Shown in pieces: positions 43,651 through 53,375 of a DNA stretch of 64,000 nucleotides; position 1 is the first letter of the stretch; the number at the start of each line of letters is the position of its first letter. This stretch comes from Bdellovibrionota bacterium (GTDB lineage Bacteria; Bdellovibrionota; UBA1018; CAIPTA01; JAALKR01), in contig CBDBMJ010000001.1 in the NCBI GenBank assembly GCA_965207455.1, positions 1,184,001 to 1,248,000 of the forward strand. Direction: 5' to 3'. The notes under the pieces were generated by a model. That model made no database searches, was not told the origin of the DNA, and was given only the letters and a program-made list of their open reading frames with translations. Made by a program: the position numbers and the translations under genes.

Positions 43651-44344
43651 GTTGGCTGGGGTGGTAGGATTCAACCCACTACAGGAAATCCCTTCCAAGG
43701 GATTTCCCTGCGTAGGCTCCCCTACGCAACTCAAAAAATCTTCCTGATTTTTTTCCCCTCACTAGCTTCTCGCTAGCTCGAAGCCAGTGCGGGTCATTGC
43801 TTCGCGTTCGAATCCCCCTGCTTATTTTCTTATGTGTCTTATGTGTGGGTGCATGAGTTTAATAGGTGTTTATTTTGTTGGCTGGGGTGGTAGGATTCAA
43901 CCCACTACAGGAAATCCCTTCCAAGGGATTTCCCTGCGTAGGCTCCCCTACGCAATTCAAAAAATCTTCCTGATTTTTTTCCCCTCACTAGCTTCTCGCT
44001 AGCTCGAAGCCAGTGCGGGTCATTGCTTCGCGTTCGAATCCCCCTGCTTATTTTCTTATGTGTCTTATGTGTGGGTGCATGAGTTTAATAGGTGTTTATT
44101 TTGTTGGCTGGGGTGGTAGGATTCAACCCACTACAGGAAATCCCTTCCAAGGGATTTCCCTGCGTAGGCTCCCCTACGCAATTCAAAAAATCTTCCTGAT
44201 TTTTTTCCCCTCACTAGCTTCTCGCTAGCTCGAAGCCAGTGCGGGTCATTGCTTCGCGTTCGAATCCCCCTGCTTATTTTCTTATGTGTCTTATGTGTGG
44301 GTGCATGAGTTTAATAGGTGTTTATTTTGTTGGCTGGGGTGGTA
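43651..44344 (-). repeat. Three near-identical 226-bp tRNA-Gln-tail tandem repeats with a structured core
   Basis: GTTGGCTGGGGTGGTA at 43651, 43877, 44103 and 44329; each unit begins with the reverse complement of the tRNA-Gln 3' end. Confidence 0.95.
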
Positions 44345-44422
44345 CAGGCAACTGTAAATGTTTAATTTCACAGTGTTATACTTTGCCCAAATAATACAAA
44401 AGGATCACCTTCTAAAAAAATA

Positions 44423-45535
44423 TTATTTACCTTCTATTTCATCTGAAAATCGCAACACTTTTGCTACTTCCAGTGATGGATTATGAAGTTTGTTAAGACA
44501 ATCGCTTGCTCCGCGAATATCAATTCCAGCTTTACGAATATAGATCATCATGGTCTTCATATCCTTCCAGCCTCCAATCTTCATTACCTTCACCGGCTCT
44601 ACTCCTTTACTTAGCATAAGCGTTGCCCATGTTGCTCTCAAGTCATGAAAGCGAACTGGGGGAATCCCTATGCCCATAAGGAACATTCTTAGTTGCTTGG
44701 ATTGATCGCTCTGATCCCATCTGTAAACTCTAGGAAGCACAAAACCCGAAGGGTCTGTAGCTTCAAGTTTTAACTGCTGGAATGTAGCGAGCAGGGGCAA
44801 AGCAATTTCCACAATACGATCATCACCTGACTTTGTAGATTTGAAACCATCTTTATTGTTCCAAGCGCAATCTACTAAAATTTGGCGATTTTCTAGGTTC
44901 ACCTTATCCCAAGTAAGGGCGTAAAGCTCACCGTTTCGCATACCTGTGTAAACAGCAGTAACCCAAATTGGATACCACTCGTTTCCCATTAGCTTTGCTT
45001 TATCTAAGAAAGTTTTGACTTGTTCCTCCGTAAGTACTTTCTTAATCTTATCCCCAAACCTAAAATGCATTTTCGGTGTGGGGTTACAACTAATATAGCC
45101 TTTCTCAAGAGCAAAGTTCATAGCACCTCGAATATACTTAAGAACACTTTTTTTATGGCTTTCTGATTTATCAGACAATTTTTCTGCAATTATCTGACGT
45201 ATCTCATCTCCCATAATTTTGTCCACAGGTCTATCCTTCCATTCAGACAAAGTATGCGCCTGAAGGCAAGAGGTGTAGTTATGAATGGTCCTCTCCATAA
45301 GACCAGAGTTTCGTTGCGATCTCTCATACTCATTTAAAACAATGCCCCAATTTGGTGATACCACCTCATGGAGCTTTGCCTCTACAAGAGCTATAAGTTC
45401 ACGCTCTACTTTCCTTGCTTGAGATTTTGTTTTTATATTTTTTCGTTTTAAGTTACACGGCTTTTTCGTTACTGGGTGTCGTTTGATGTACCAAACTCTC
45501 CAAGTATTCGTTTTCTTATCTAATTTAATTCCCAT
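44423..45535 (-). CDS. Tyrosine recombinase/integrase
   Basis: YTGMRNGELYAL, RFHDLRATWAT and GGWKDMKTMMIY motifs. Confidence 0.95.
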   Translation of the reverse strand: MGIKLDKKTNTWRVWYIKRHPVTKKPCNLKRKNIKTKSQARKVERELIALVEAKLHEVVSPNWGIVLNEYERSQRNSGLMERTIHNYTSCLQAHTLSEWKDRPVDKIMGDEIRQIIAEKLSDKSESHKKSVLKYIRGAMNFALEKGYISCNPTPKMHFRFGDKIKKVLTEEQVKTFLDKAKLMGNEWYPIWVTAVYTGMRNGELYALTWDKVNLENRQILVDCAWNNKDGFKSTKSGDDRIVEIALPLLATFQQLKLEATDPSGFVLPRVYRWDQSDQSKQLRMFLMGIGIPPVRFHDLRATWATLMLSKGVEPVKVMKIGGWKDMKTMMIYIRKAGIDIRGASDCLNKLHNPSLEVAKVLRFSDEIEGK

Positions 45536-45881
45536 ACTGATTCTCCTTATCTTTGTTAGAAAGACTTTGAAGGACCATATTTAATAACTCAGACCGAAGG
45601 TATCTATTCCTCCTTCCAAGTTTATGAACTGGAATTTGACCCTCACATACCATGTTCAGTAAAGAACCTCTTGAGAGCCTCAGATAATCAGCCGCCTCTT
45701 CCGTATTTAATATCTCATGATTTTTCAAAGAACGACTAGCCTCAGCACAACAGCCAGAAGCTAATATCATATTTCTATTTGACTGAGCTTCATCAGTTTT
45801 GTCAACCTTTTTATTTTCCCCATTAAATTCTCCATGCATATCTTCTCTTCCTTCCATTTTTTTAGTTCTCTCATTTTCCAT
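45525..45881 (-). CDS. Excisionase-like HTH protein
   Basis: LNTEEAADYLRLS...GQIPVHKLG..RY motif. Confidence 0.85.
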   Translation of the reverse strand: MENERTKKMEGREDMHGEFNGENKKVDKTDEAQSNRNMILASGCCAEASRSLKNHEILNTEEAADYLRLSRGSLLNMVCEGQIPVHKLGRRNRYLRSELLNMVLQSLSNKDKENQYGN

Positions 45882-45942
45882 TTCTATCCTCTCCTATCCG
45901 TTCCTCTCCTTCCTCCCCTACCCCCCTACCCAACCCATAACC

Positions 45943-46020
45943 TTTTTTTCCTGACCACACTCACTCTATTACCCAGTAATAATTCTTTAGAATGTAGGGT
46001 GAGTGTGGTCAGGAAAAAAA
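45943..46020. other. Long inverted repeat (26-bp arms, 1 mismatch)
   Basis: TTTTTTTCCTGACCACACTCACTCTA...TAGGGTGAGTGTGGTCAGGAAAAAAA. Confidence 0.85.
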
Positions 46021-46090
46021 TTGGAACTTTTGGGGGTAGTGGATTCTTTCCTAAAGCACTAATTATATTTGATAATAGTTTTTTAAGTTC

Positions 46091-46990
46091 TTAGAAATCG
46101 ATCTCATTTTGTTGAGGCACGTTAGCCCTATTTTCAATGCAATGATTGTCACGGTCATAATGATCAATTTCTCTTAAATAGTGAATCCAATTCTGCAACA
46201 ATGTGTCTTCACCATCAAGATTAAATATTTCATTTAAAGGCATTTTTCCCATTCCCATCAAGAAAGAAAACATAAAAAAATTTTCAGAGTAATGCTGTAT
46301 TCGATAACTTCCACGCCACACTTTGGATTTAAAAATATTACTTATTGTATCGGCAATTATCCTTTCTTCGCATACATAAAGCACACCATCTAGGAGCGTT
46401 AAATTAGCGTATTTTGTAATTTTTTTAACCAATCTTTTTGAGCTTTTTCTCGTTCTTTCTATTTCAACTGCTACACCAACTCTAGGCTTTATCTCTTTTC
46501 TTGGAAAAATCAGCAGCAAGTCTGGATAAATATCTCTTTCTTTATGTTGTAATTGCAATATGTTTTTTGCCTCTTTATTATGCGGTATTTTATAATCAGG
46601 TACCACAACAGCATCAGGATAAAGATGCCTTAATTTGTCTGCCCATACAGCACAATACTGCGCATGAAGCAACTCTTGTGTTCGAAAATATGGCTGCCTT
46701 AGATCATCAACACTTATTTTCATGAAATTTGCTGCTAATTCTAAATCCATTTCAGATTTACTTATCTCATAATAAATATTCTGTGCGTGCAGTGCTTTCT
46801 CTCCACGCTTGAATATAAATCCTCTTCTTAGCAGCCGAAGCAATACATCTTGAAGCCTTTTTCGTTTGATTACTGGCTTCATTAGTTGCTCAATAGTATG
46901 TAAATGAAGCGGACCATATAGGCTTAAATGCTTCATTACTTCTCTAGCTCTTGTGTAAGGTTTCTTTGAGTCATGTGCTTTATCAATCAT
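46091..46990 (-). CDS. wHTH plus PD-(D/E)xK protein (replication-relaxation family-like)
   Basis: LLH, YPDLLL and AVEIERTRKSSKR...KY motifs. Confidence 0.65.
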   Translation of the reverse strand: MIDKAHDSKKPYTRAREVMKHLSLYGPLHLHTIEQLMKPVIKRKRLQDVLLRLLRRGFIFKRGEKALHAQNIYYEISKSEMDLELAANFMKISVDDLRQPYFRTQELLHAQYCAVWADKLRHLYPDAVVVPDYKIPHNKEAKNILQLQHKERDIYPDLLLIFPRKEIKPRVGVAVEIERTRKSSKRLVKKITKYANLTLLDGVLYVCEERIIADTISNIFKSKVWRGSYRIQHYSENFFMFSFLMGMGKMPLNEIFNLDGEDTLLQNWIHYLREIDHYDRDNHCIENRANVPQQNEIDF

Positions 46991-47286
46991 TGAGCACCTC
47001 TTTTTCTATTTCCTCCCTGGACTTTATTTTTTAAAGTTTCTATCTTTTCTGATACTGCTTTTATATCCATATTTTTTTGCTTCAACATAATACGAAGTGC
47101 TATTTTGATATTAGTGTTCCTCGATCGCAAATCCTCAATATTAACTTTTGTATTTACTATTATTTCATTTATGACATCTGAGTACTTTATCTTCCCATAC
47201 TCGAAGCCATCATTTGCTCTCTCAACAATATCTTGCAAAGACTGAAATGCCTTATCAGATAGATTTACCTGTAATTTTTTATTCAT
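46987..47286 (-). CDS. Hypothetical small basic protein
   Basis: 99 aa ORF with RBS; ATGA coupling to the downstream gene. Confidence 0.65.
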   Translation of the reverse strand: MNKKLQVNLSDKAFQSLQDIVERANDGFEYGKIKYSDVINEIIVNTKVNIEDLRSRNTNIKIALRIMLKQKNMDIKAVSEKIETLKNKVQGGNRKRGAQ

Positions 47287-47871
47287 TATTTTCCCTTCTC
47301 ATATTTATTTTTAATAATTTAGCTTTACAAGTCTTAAGTGAACAAGTAAGTTCTGTAAAGGATAAAAAAAATAATTAACGAAAAAAATTCTATCGTTAAA
47401 AAAAAGTAAAAAAATAAATCATAAAAATATGTTCACATAAGCTCACAGGGAATCATGAGGAATCATGGGGAATCACGCCAGACATGCAAAAAATCATTCT
47501 TCCCTCCAAGGAATTCTGAGAAATTCAATCAACAATCATTGCTGTTAAAGCCTTGTTTTGAAACGATTAAGACAGGTATTTTATTAGTTCTTTTGAGATT
47601 TTCATATAAAGATATTTTTATCTAGCACAAAACTCAGACTTCTATAGCTAGAAACTAGAAAAGTAACCTTTCCCCCCTTCTCCATAAAAAAACCTCTTAC
47701 CATAAGGCAAAGAAATAGGGTTTTACTTTTTTATTTTACCTGTTTTTTGAATTATTTTTTTTGGCACACAATATGCATACCTTGTAAGAGAACACTAAAT
47801 TAAAGAAAATATGGAGGAAAACGTCATTTTTTAGTGGTTTTGTGTCAAGAAAAAATGATTAATTTAAAAAA

Positions 47872-49218
47872 ATGAAAATAAAAATTGATTTAAAAGAAAA
47901 CACGGTAATTTGTGGTGATGCTGAGGATTGGCTTGAGCATATACCTGATAATAGTATTGATATGGTTTATATCGATCCACCATTCTTTTCCAATAAAAGT
48001 TATGAAATAGTCTGGGGCAATGGCTTTGAATTACGTTCTTACGATGACCGATGGAAAGGTGGGATTGAGCAATATATAAATTGGATGGAAACTAAAATAA
48101 AAAAACTTGAAAGAATTATTAAACCAAATGGAAGTATATTTTTACATTGCGACTGGCATGCATCTCATCGATTACGTTACTTGCTTGATGAGGTTTTTGG
48201 AGAAAAGAGATTTATCAATGAAATAATATGGTGTTACACACAAGGCAGATCCTCACAAAATGCATTTGGAAATAAACATGACACAATATTCTGGTACTAT
48301 AAGGCTAAGACCTCTGGTGATAAAAATTATACATTTAATGTAAAAAATATAAAAATACCACATGAATTAATTTCTGAAAAATCTTCCTGTTCTTTTACTA
48401 AAACTGATAAAGATGGAAGGAAATATAAAGAAATATATGGAACTGGTAGCAAACATAAAAAATACAAATATTACAAGGATGAAGGAAAGATACCATATGA
48501 CTGGTGGACAGATATTCCTAAAATCACAGGTAGAGCTGCTGCATCTGAAAAAAATGAAAAAATTGGCTATAAGACACAAAAACCAGAATCGCTACTTAAA
48601 AGAATAATTGAATGTTCGACCAATGAGGGGGATATAGTTTTAGACTGTTTTGGAGGTGGTGGCACGACAGCAAAAGTAGCTGCAGACTTAAATAGGAAAT
48701 TTATTATAGGAGATGTTTCTCCCGTAGCTGTTCGAGTAATTGCTTATAGATTAAACGAAGCAAAACATGTTTATAGTGTTAAAGGTACACCACACACTAA
48801 AGAAGAATGGTTAAAATTAGATGGTAAGGAATTTGAAAAAATCTTCTGTGACTCCATGGGCTACCAACATAGTGGAACTAAGGGACCAGATGGTGGTGTT
48901 GATGGCTGGGCGAATAAAAAAAGTATTCCAGTGCAAATAAAGAATCATAAAAAAAGACAGGGTGCTGCTGATATAAAAAAATTTCTAGGGACAATGCACA
49001 CTTTAGATAAAAAAATTGGAATTTTTGTAGCTTGGTCTTTTGCTTCATCAGCACATGAGTTATCTGCGAAATTAAAAAAAAGAAAAATAGACCTACGGTT
49101 GATCGAGGTTGGAGAAGTCTTAAAGCCTCTAATACTGAATGATGATCAGCGCAAGGAGCAAAATATACTTTATACGGATAGAGTCATGAATAAGAAACAA
49201 CTAGATAAAGCAAAATAA
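47872..49218 (+). CDS. N6/N4 DNA methyltransferase fused to a Mrr-like endonuclease domain
   Basis: YIDPPF, TQKPE.LL.RII and LDCFGGGGTT motifs; C-terminal EFE...DGGVDG...VQIK. Confidence 0.88.
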   Translation: MKIKIDLKENTVICGDAEDWLEHIPDNSIDMVYIDPPFFSNKSYEIVWGNGFELRSYDDRWKGGIEQYINWMETKIKKLERIIKPNGSIFLHCDWHASHRLRYLLDEVFGEKRFINEIIWCYTQGRSSQNAFGNKHDTIFWYYKAKTSGDKNYTFNVKNIKIPHELISEKSSCSFTKTDKDGRKYKEIYGTGSKHKKYKYYKDEGKIPYDWWTDIPKITGRAAASEKNEKIGYKTQKPESLLKRIIECSTNEGDIVLDCFGGGGTTAKVAADLNRKFIIGDVSPVAVRVIAYRLNEAKHVYSVKGTPHTKEEWLKLDGKEFEKIFCDSMGYQHSGTKGPDGGVDGWANKKSIPVQIKNHKKRQGAADIKKFLGTMHTLDKKIGIFVAWSFASSAHELSAKLKKRKIDLRLIEVGEVLKPLILNDDQRKEQNILYTDRVMNKKQLDKAK

Positions 49219-49263
49219 ATAGAAATTTGACTTTTCCTTACTATTAAGTAATATTCTCTGATT

Positions 49264-49434
49264 ATGTGGGGACAAGTTATTAAAATTAAACCAAATCCCG
49301 ACCCTTCACTTCAAGATATTTTGCGTCAATTCAGAATGAGTGATGAAGACATAGATAGCATTATACTTCTCCTAGAAAAAGAGGGCGCATTAAATAATGT
49401 AATCACACTGGATATGCCTATTTGCCATAGTTAA
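49264..49434 (+). CDS. Small hypothetical protein (56 aa)
   Basis: Manual ORF MWGQVIKIKPNPDPSLQDILRQF... Confidence 0.35.
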   Translation: MWGQVIKIKPNPDPSLQDILRQFRMSDEDIDSIILLLEKEGALNNVITLDMPICHS

Positions 49435-49681
49435 AGTGAGCAGAGTTAATGCGTCTTGTCCTCTTAGGCATTAGGTAAACAAACCAGAGTGAGCTGCTAA
49501 GAGAAGACATATCTTTACCAAAACTCAGCTTTCCCCTTCGCCAGCTATTCAGAACTGTTTGTGTTTCTGGGAGATTTTCCTGCTCGTTTAGACTTCATTT
49601 TTGCTTTAACGACCACAGCCTCTTCTTCCTCTCCAACATAAGATAAGCAAGAGCATTAAAATATATAAAAATAAGGCTTTA

Positions 49682-50365
49682 TTAATACGCTCTTGGACTA
49701 TTTATTCCATATTGGTCATTTAATTCCTGTTTCTGATGCAAACTTGAAAAATCTTCTTTAATCTCTTTTGTTATTCTGTATTTGTCTATGTTTTGAGATT
49801 TATCATAAGCATTCTCAATATATCTTTTAGGGTTGTCCAAAAAGTTATCCTCTGAAATAAAAGAAATATAAGAACCCTCCAATGTGGAGTATGTCTGACA
49901 TACCTCGCAAATATATTTTTCCTCTTTTAGATTAAACCTATTTTTGTAAATAATTTCATAAAATTTTGAATTGTCATAATAAATTCCAATACAACCATCT
50001 TCTTTATATTCTTTTTTAGCAACCCAATCATAAGAGCCATTACTTTTGGCAATAACTCCAATAATTCCATTAATACGAGAAGTACTTTCGCCTCTGGTAA
50101 TTTCTTTTAATGAATACTTTATCTCCCAATCAATCCAGTTACTCTCTATTATTTTTGGAGAAACAATCACTATAGTCACGGATGTATCAAAAAGCATCTC
50201 CTTTAAATTTTCTTTTATAGTTTCTGTTTGCCTATCCGTTTGGTCAGGAGAATCTGCCGTTTCTCCTTCATAGTACTTTGAATCTGCTCCCAACGATCTT
50301 ATTATTTTGTCTCTTAAATTTTTAGACTCTGAGTATTTGTATGAAATAAATGTTTTTCTTGCCAT
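49682..50365 (-). CDS. ThsB-like TIR domain protein (DUF1863 type)
   Basis: MARKTFISYKY, TSVTIVIVSP and NWIDWEI (catalytic Glu) motifs; CxxC near the C-terminus. Confidence 0.88.
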   Translation of the reverse strand: MARKTFISYKYSESKNLRDKIIRSLGADSKYYEGETADSPDQTDRQTETIKENLKEMLFDTSVTIVIVSPKIIESNWIDWEIKYSLKEITRGESTSRINGIIGVIAKSNGSYDWVAKKEYKEDGCIGIYYDNSKFYEIIYKNRFNLKEEKYICEVCQTYSTLEGSYISFISEDNFLDNPKRYIENAYDKSQNIDKYRITKEIKEDFSSLHQKQELNDQYGINSPRAY

Positions 50366-50376
50366 TATTAAAACCC

Positions 50377-50803
50377 TCAGTTAACTTTTAAAATAAAATA
50401 TGCTACCGTCGTTATAACAGGTATTAAATAAAAAAACATTGTTTTCGAAAAACAAGCATGCAAATAATCACAAGGAGATCGATGGGGCGTATGCATCAAA
50501 AAATTAGTCTCTTTTTCCTAGTCTCTTTTTCCAAACTAACTTTATCGTATAAATTCCTAAAACGCTCTTCTAACATTAAATAAAATCCATCAAGAAGCCA
50601 AAAGCTTATTGTCGGAATACACATTATGCAAGATATAAAAGCTGCCCTCTATTGCGCACTCCGTTTTTGCCATTACCAAAAGAAACGCTGTTGTAATAGC
50701 TATACTTCACAACTTAAGCATAAACGAATTTTACGCTATACCTTCAATCACAGACTGAATCATTTTTAGATGCTTAGTAAAATCTCCTTGCGAGCACACG
50801 CAT
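50377..50803 (-). pseudogene. Decayed homolog of the TIR-associated membrane protein
   Basis: KHLKMIQSVIEGIA*NSFMLKL*SIAI and FWLLDGFYLMLEERFRNLYDKV align with 53376-53798; stops at 50731 and 50707 plus frameshifts. Confidence 0.85.
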
Positions 50804-50852
50804 TATTCCTTTCATAGCTAATTATTATTAATTTGCTTTGGCCCCCATTTCA

Positions 50853-51677
50853 CTAGACACCTCGGTTAATATTTCTATACTCCAAAGGACTCATCATTCC
50901 AAGTCCTGAATGTGGAGCCTTTTCATTATAATCTTTAATCCACCCCTTCAGCATCCTCAAGGTTGTCTTTGCATTAACACAGTCTGACATATAAACATAG
51001 TCTCGCTTTATCGTTCCGACAAACGCCTCTGCCATACCGTTAGACTGGGGCGTATATGCCTTGGTAAAACAAGACTTCAGACCAAGTCTCCTTCCCATTT
51101 GAACAGTCTCGTGCGCCCTATAGATTGCTCCTCTGTCGCTCAAGAACTGTATCTCTCTGAGTGTTTTATCTTTCCCGAATCTCTTTTCGACACCCTCAAG
51201 CATTAACAGTTGGATATCGACTGCAAGAAGAGGGCGATTGTGTGCAACATAAGAAATTGCCTCCCGATCGTGACAATCAAGAGCAAAAACAACATAAACT
51301 TTCTCCCCATTATAACAATGTATTTCAAAACCATCTGAGCACCATCTTGTATTAGACTGAATCGTTATGATCTTCCCTGTAGGCTCATGTTTATTTTCAA
51401 CAGGATTTTTTTTGAACAAAAGGTCATTAATATCCATTACACGGCAAATTCTTTTACGATTGTACGTCGAGAGATTCTTTTTCCTCCTCTCTTTATTAAT
51501 CATAGCCGTAATCCTTTTGTACCCATAAGTCTCTCTTTCCTTCATCACTTTATTAATTTCATCAAGGACATTTGAATCTTCTTTTTTAGCATATCTCTTT
51601 ACAGTTTTTCCTTTCGGCTTCCAATAAATTGATGACCGTGAGTTTCCTAAAGTTTTACAAATAATTGTTTTATTCAC
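50853..51677 (-). CDS. IS2-like transposase OrfB
   Basis: YGYKRI, RWCSDGFE, LSDRG and PQSNGMAEAFV motifs. Confidence 0.95.
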   Translation of the reverse strand: MNKTIICKTLGNSRSSIYWKPKGKTVKRYAKKEDSNVLDEINKVMKERETYGYKRITAMINKERRKKNLSTYNRKRICRVMDINDLLFKKNPVENKHEPTGKIITIQSNTRWCSDGFEIHCYNGEKVYVVFALDCHDREAISYVAHNRPLLAVDIQLLMLEGVEKRFGKDKTLREIQFLSDRGAIYRAHETVQMGRRLGLKSCFTKAYTPQSNGMAEAFVGTIKRDYVYMSDCVNAKTTLRMLKGWIKDYNEKAPHSGLGMMSPLEYRNINRGV

Positions 51678-51685
51678 GTTAGCAC

Positions 51686-52051
51686 CTATTTCCTTGATGA
51701 CTTCTTTAGCGAGTTGAGTTGCTTTTGTCGGTATTTTTTTTTAAGAATCTCATTAGCTGTTTTAAAAACCTGATTCTGCACAGAAAGATCACCAAGAGCT
51801 TTTTTGAGATTTTCATTTTCTTGTTTGACCTCTTCCATTTCTTTCAGGACTTCATTTATATTTGGATCATTTTCATTCGGCTTTTTTGATAAATTCATTT
51901 CTCTTTTCCACCTGTGTACGGTTACGGGATGAATCCCATGCTTTCTGGCAAGGATAGAAATGGTCATACCACCAGAACTTAATTCATTCAAAATTCTTAT
52001 TTTGCCCTCCCTCCTATAGTACGGTCTTTTCGGATTTTCTGTATTATGCAT
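51686..52051 (-). CDS. IS2-like transposase OrfA
   Basis: HTH LARKHGIHP...WK followed by a leucine-zipper-like segment. Confidence 0.9.
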   Translation of the reverse strand: MHNTENPKRPYYRREGKIRILNELSSGGMTISILARKHGIHPVTVHRWKREMNLSKKPNENDPNINEVLKEMEEVKQENENLKKALGDLSVQNQVFKTANEILKKKYRQKQLNSLKKSSRK

Positions 52052-52204
52052 TGCATCTCCTTAGTTAGGAGGTGTCTAGTTCAAATGGGGGTCACGAACA
52101 AATTGGCTTAATATAGCGTAAAATTCACGCTACAAAAGCCAACAGGGGTCCGGATCTAAAAAGCAGCCTTCGAGTGCCGAGTGCTACTTACTTCGATGTC
52201 TAGG

Positions 52205-52570
52205 CTATTTTAACTCCCATCGAGTCTTCAAAAATTTAATGAGGGATATAAAGTTACTACGTTCCTTGGAAGATAATTTATGACCAAAACGAATCCAATC
52301 TCGCTCAGAGTCATCAATCTGCGATGTTTTGCTTTGAGGCAGGTTAGCCAGTAGTTTGGGATCGACACCCCTAGCAATAAGGAGACGAATTAGAGTATCC
52401 GCATTGACAGTCTTCCGCCAAGCCATTGTTCGTAAGGTTTCGGGACTAAGACCAGCTTTTTTTGCTAATTTAGCTCGTTCCTTTGAAGTCATGCCTTCGG
52501 GAACAGCAAAGTCCATTAAAGCATTAATAATTGATTTCACAGTCTTATCTATTTCAGCCATACGGGTCAA
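52205..52570 (-). CDS. HTH DNA-binding protein (XRE-like)
   Basis: LAKKAGLSPETLR motif. Confidence 0.6.
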   Translation of the reverse strand: MTRMAEIDKTVKSIINALMDFAVPEGMTSKERAKLAKKAGLSPETLRTMAWRKTVNADTLIRLLIARGVDPKLLANLPQSKTSQIDDSERDWIRFGHKLSSKERSNFISLIKFLKTRWELK

Positions 52571-52621
52571 CCCTTCACATTCAGACTATCTATCTAAAAC
52601 AATTTAGCACATACAAAAATA

Positions 52622-53047
52622 TTGTTATATTTATTGATTAATCATAACGAAATATGTTATAAAGGAACTGAAAGTATGATTGAAATAAAAAAGCACGAAG
52701 CTCAAAATATATTTGACTCCTATGACGACTATATCTCGCACCTAAAACAAGCATACGCATTATTGCAAGATATACGAAATAGCAAGAATCCTTCTTTTTC
52801 CAAAATTGTACCAGAGCATTTGGAAGTTGAGTTTACTAATTCCACAAAAACTGTCCGACTGTATTATCCTCGAAACAAGGGCATTATTATAATTCAATTT
52901 CCGATGAAGAAAGGAGTTAGTGCGAAAAAAAGAAATGCCTTGCGAGAAAAAGCCCTTATTACTTTTGGAGTTATTGTTAAAATTAATGAACGAGCAATGG
53001 CTGAAGAGTTTGCTATCAGCAAAAAGATTTTCGACTCAAAGACGTGA
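52622..53047 (+). CDS. Hypothetical protein (start may be MIEIKK)
   Basis: 141 aa ORF divergent from the HTH gene. Confidence 0.55.
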   Translation: MLYLLINHNEICYKGTESMIEIKKHEAQNIFDSYDDYISHLKQAYALLQDIRNSKNPSFSKIVPEHLEVEFTNSTKTVRLYYPRNKGIIIIQFPMKKGVSAKKRNALREKALITFGVIVKINERAMAEEFAISKKIFDSKT

Positions 53048-53051
53048 ACAT

Positions 53052-53237
53052 ATGTCAAATAATAAAGTGCCTCAAACAATTACCGAAGAACTTAAATTAA
53101 TAGAAAGCCTTACTGCCATAGCGAAGAAGAATTTTAAAAAATGCAGACATCCTAAAAACCTATCTCTCCAAGAGGATCTTCAAGAGATTAGTAAAATACT
53201 CATTTTAATCATCTACAAGCAAGAGTCGCTAAAATAA
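53052..53237 (+). CDS. Small hypothetical protein
   Basis: ATG MSNNKVPQ directly after the previous stop. Confidence 0.4.
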   Translation: MSNNKVPQTITEELKLIESLTAIAKKNFKKCRHPKNLSLQEDLQEISKILILIIYKQESLK

Positions 53238-53238
53238 A

Positions 53239-53311
53239 AAGATTAAGTACTCGGCAGAATTCAAAACCAGCAGTTGATTTTGCAAATGAAATTAGCAGGG
53301 CAATTAAAAAA
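53239..53311 (+). pseudogene. Short remnant of an IS3 orfA
   Basis: KIKYSAEFK..AVDFANEISRA resembles KIQYSAEFKEQAVGLANEIGTSRA of the IS at 4504-5769. Confidence 0.55.
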
Positions 53312-53375
53312 ATGTGGTATGATGAGGCGAAGGTAGGAGTTGGAGCAGAGCATCGCAAATGAAAGATTGATAAAT

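Larger units (their letters stand above)
50839..52094 (-). mobile_element. IS3-family, IS2-group insertion sequence
   Basis: IRs TG(G/A)CCCCCATTT..ACTAGACACCT; orfA/orfB with an A9 slippery site; RWCSDGFE motif. Confidence 0.93.

Noticed and set aside
43507..44228. 71-75 aa ORFs in the repeats (also 5805-6071 and 5809-6015)
   Set aside because: Frames are not conserved between the Arg and Gln loci while hairpins are; no RBS; they are by-products of the repeat
43651..44344. CRISPR array
   Set aside because: Units are 226 bp and essentially identical, with no unique spacers and no cas genes
50700..50740. Stop-codon reassignment (TGA at a Trp position; also TAG in IS3 orfA)
   Set aside because: TAA stops and frameshifts co-occur, and housekeeping genes end in TGA/TAG normally, so this is decay
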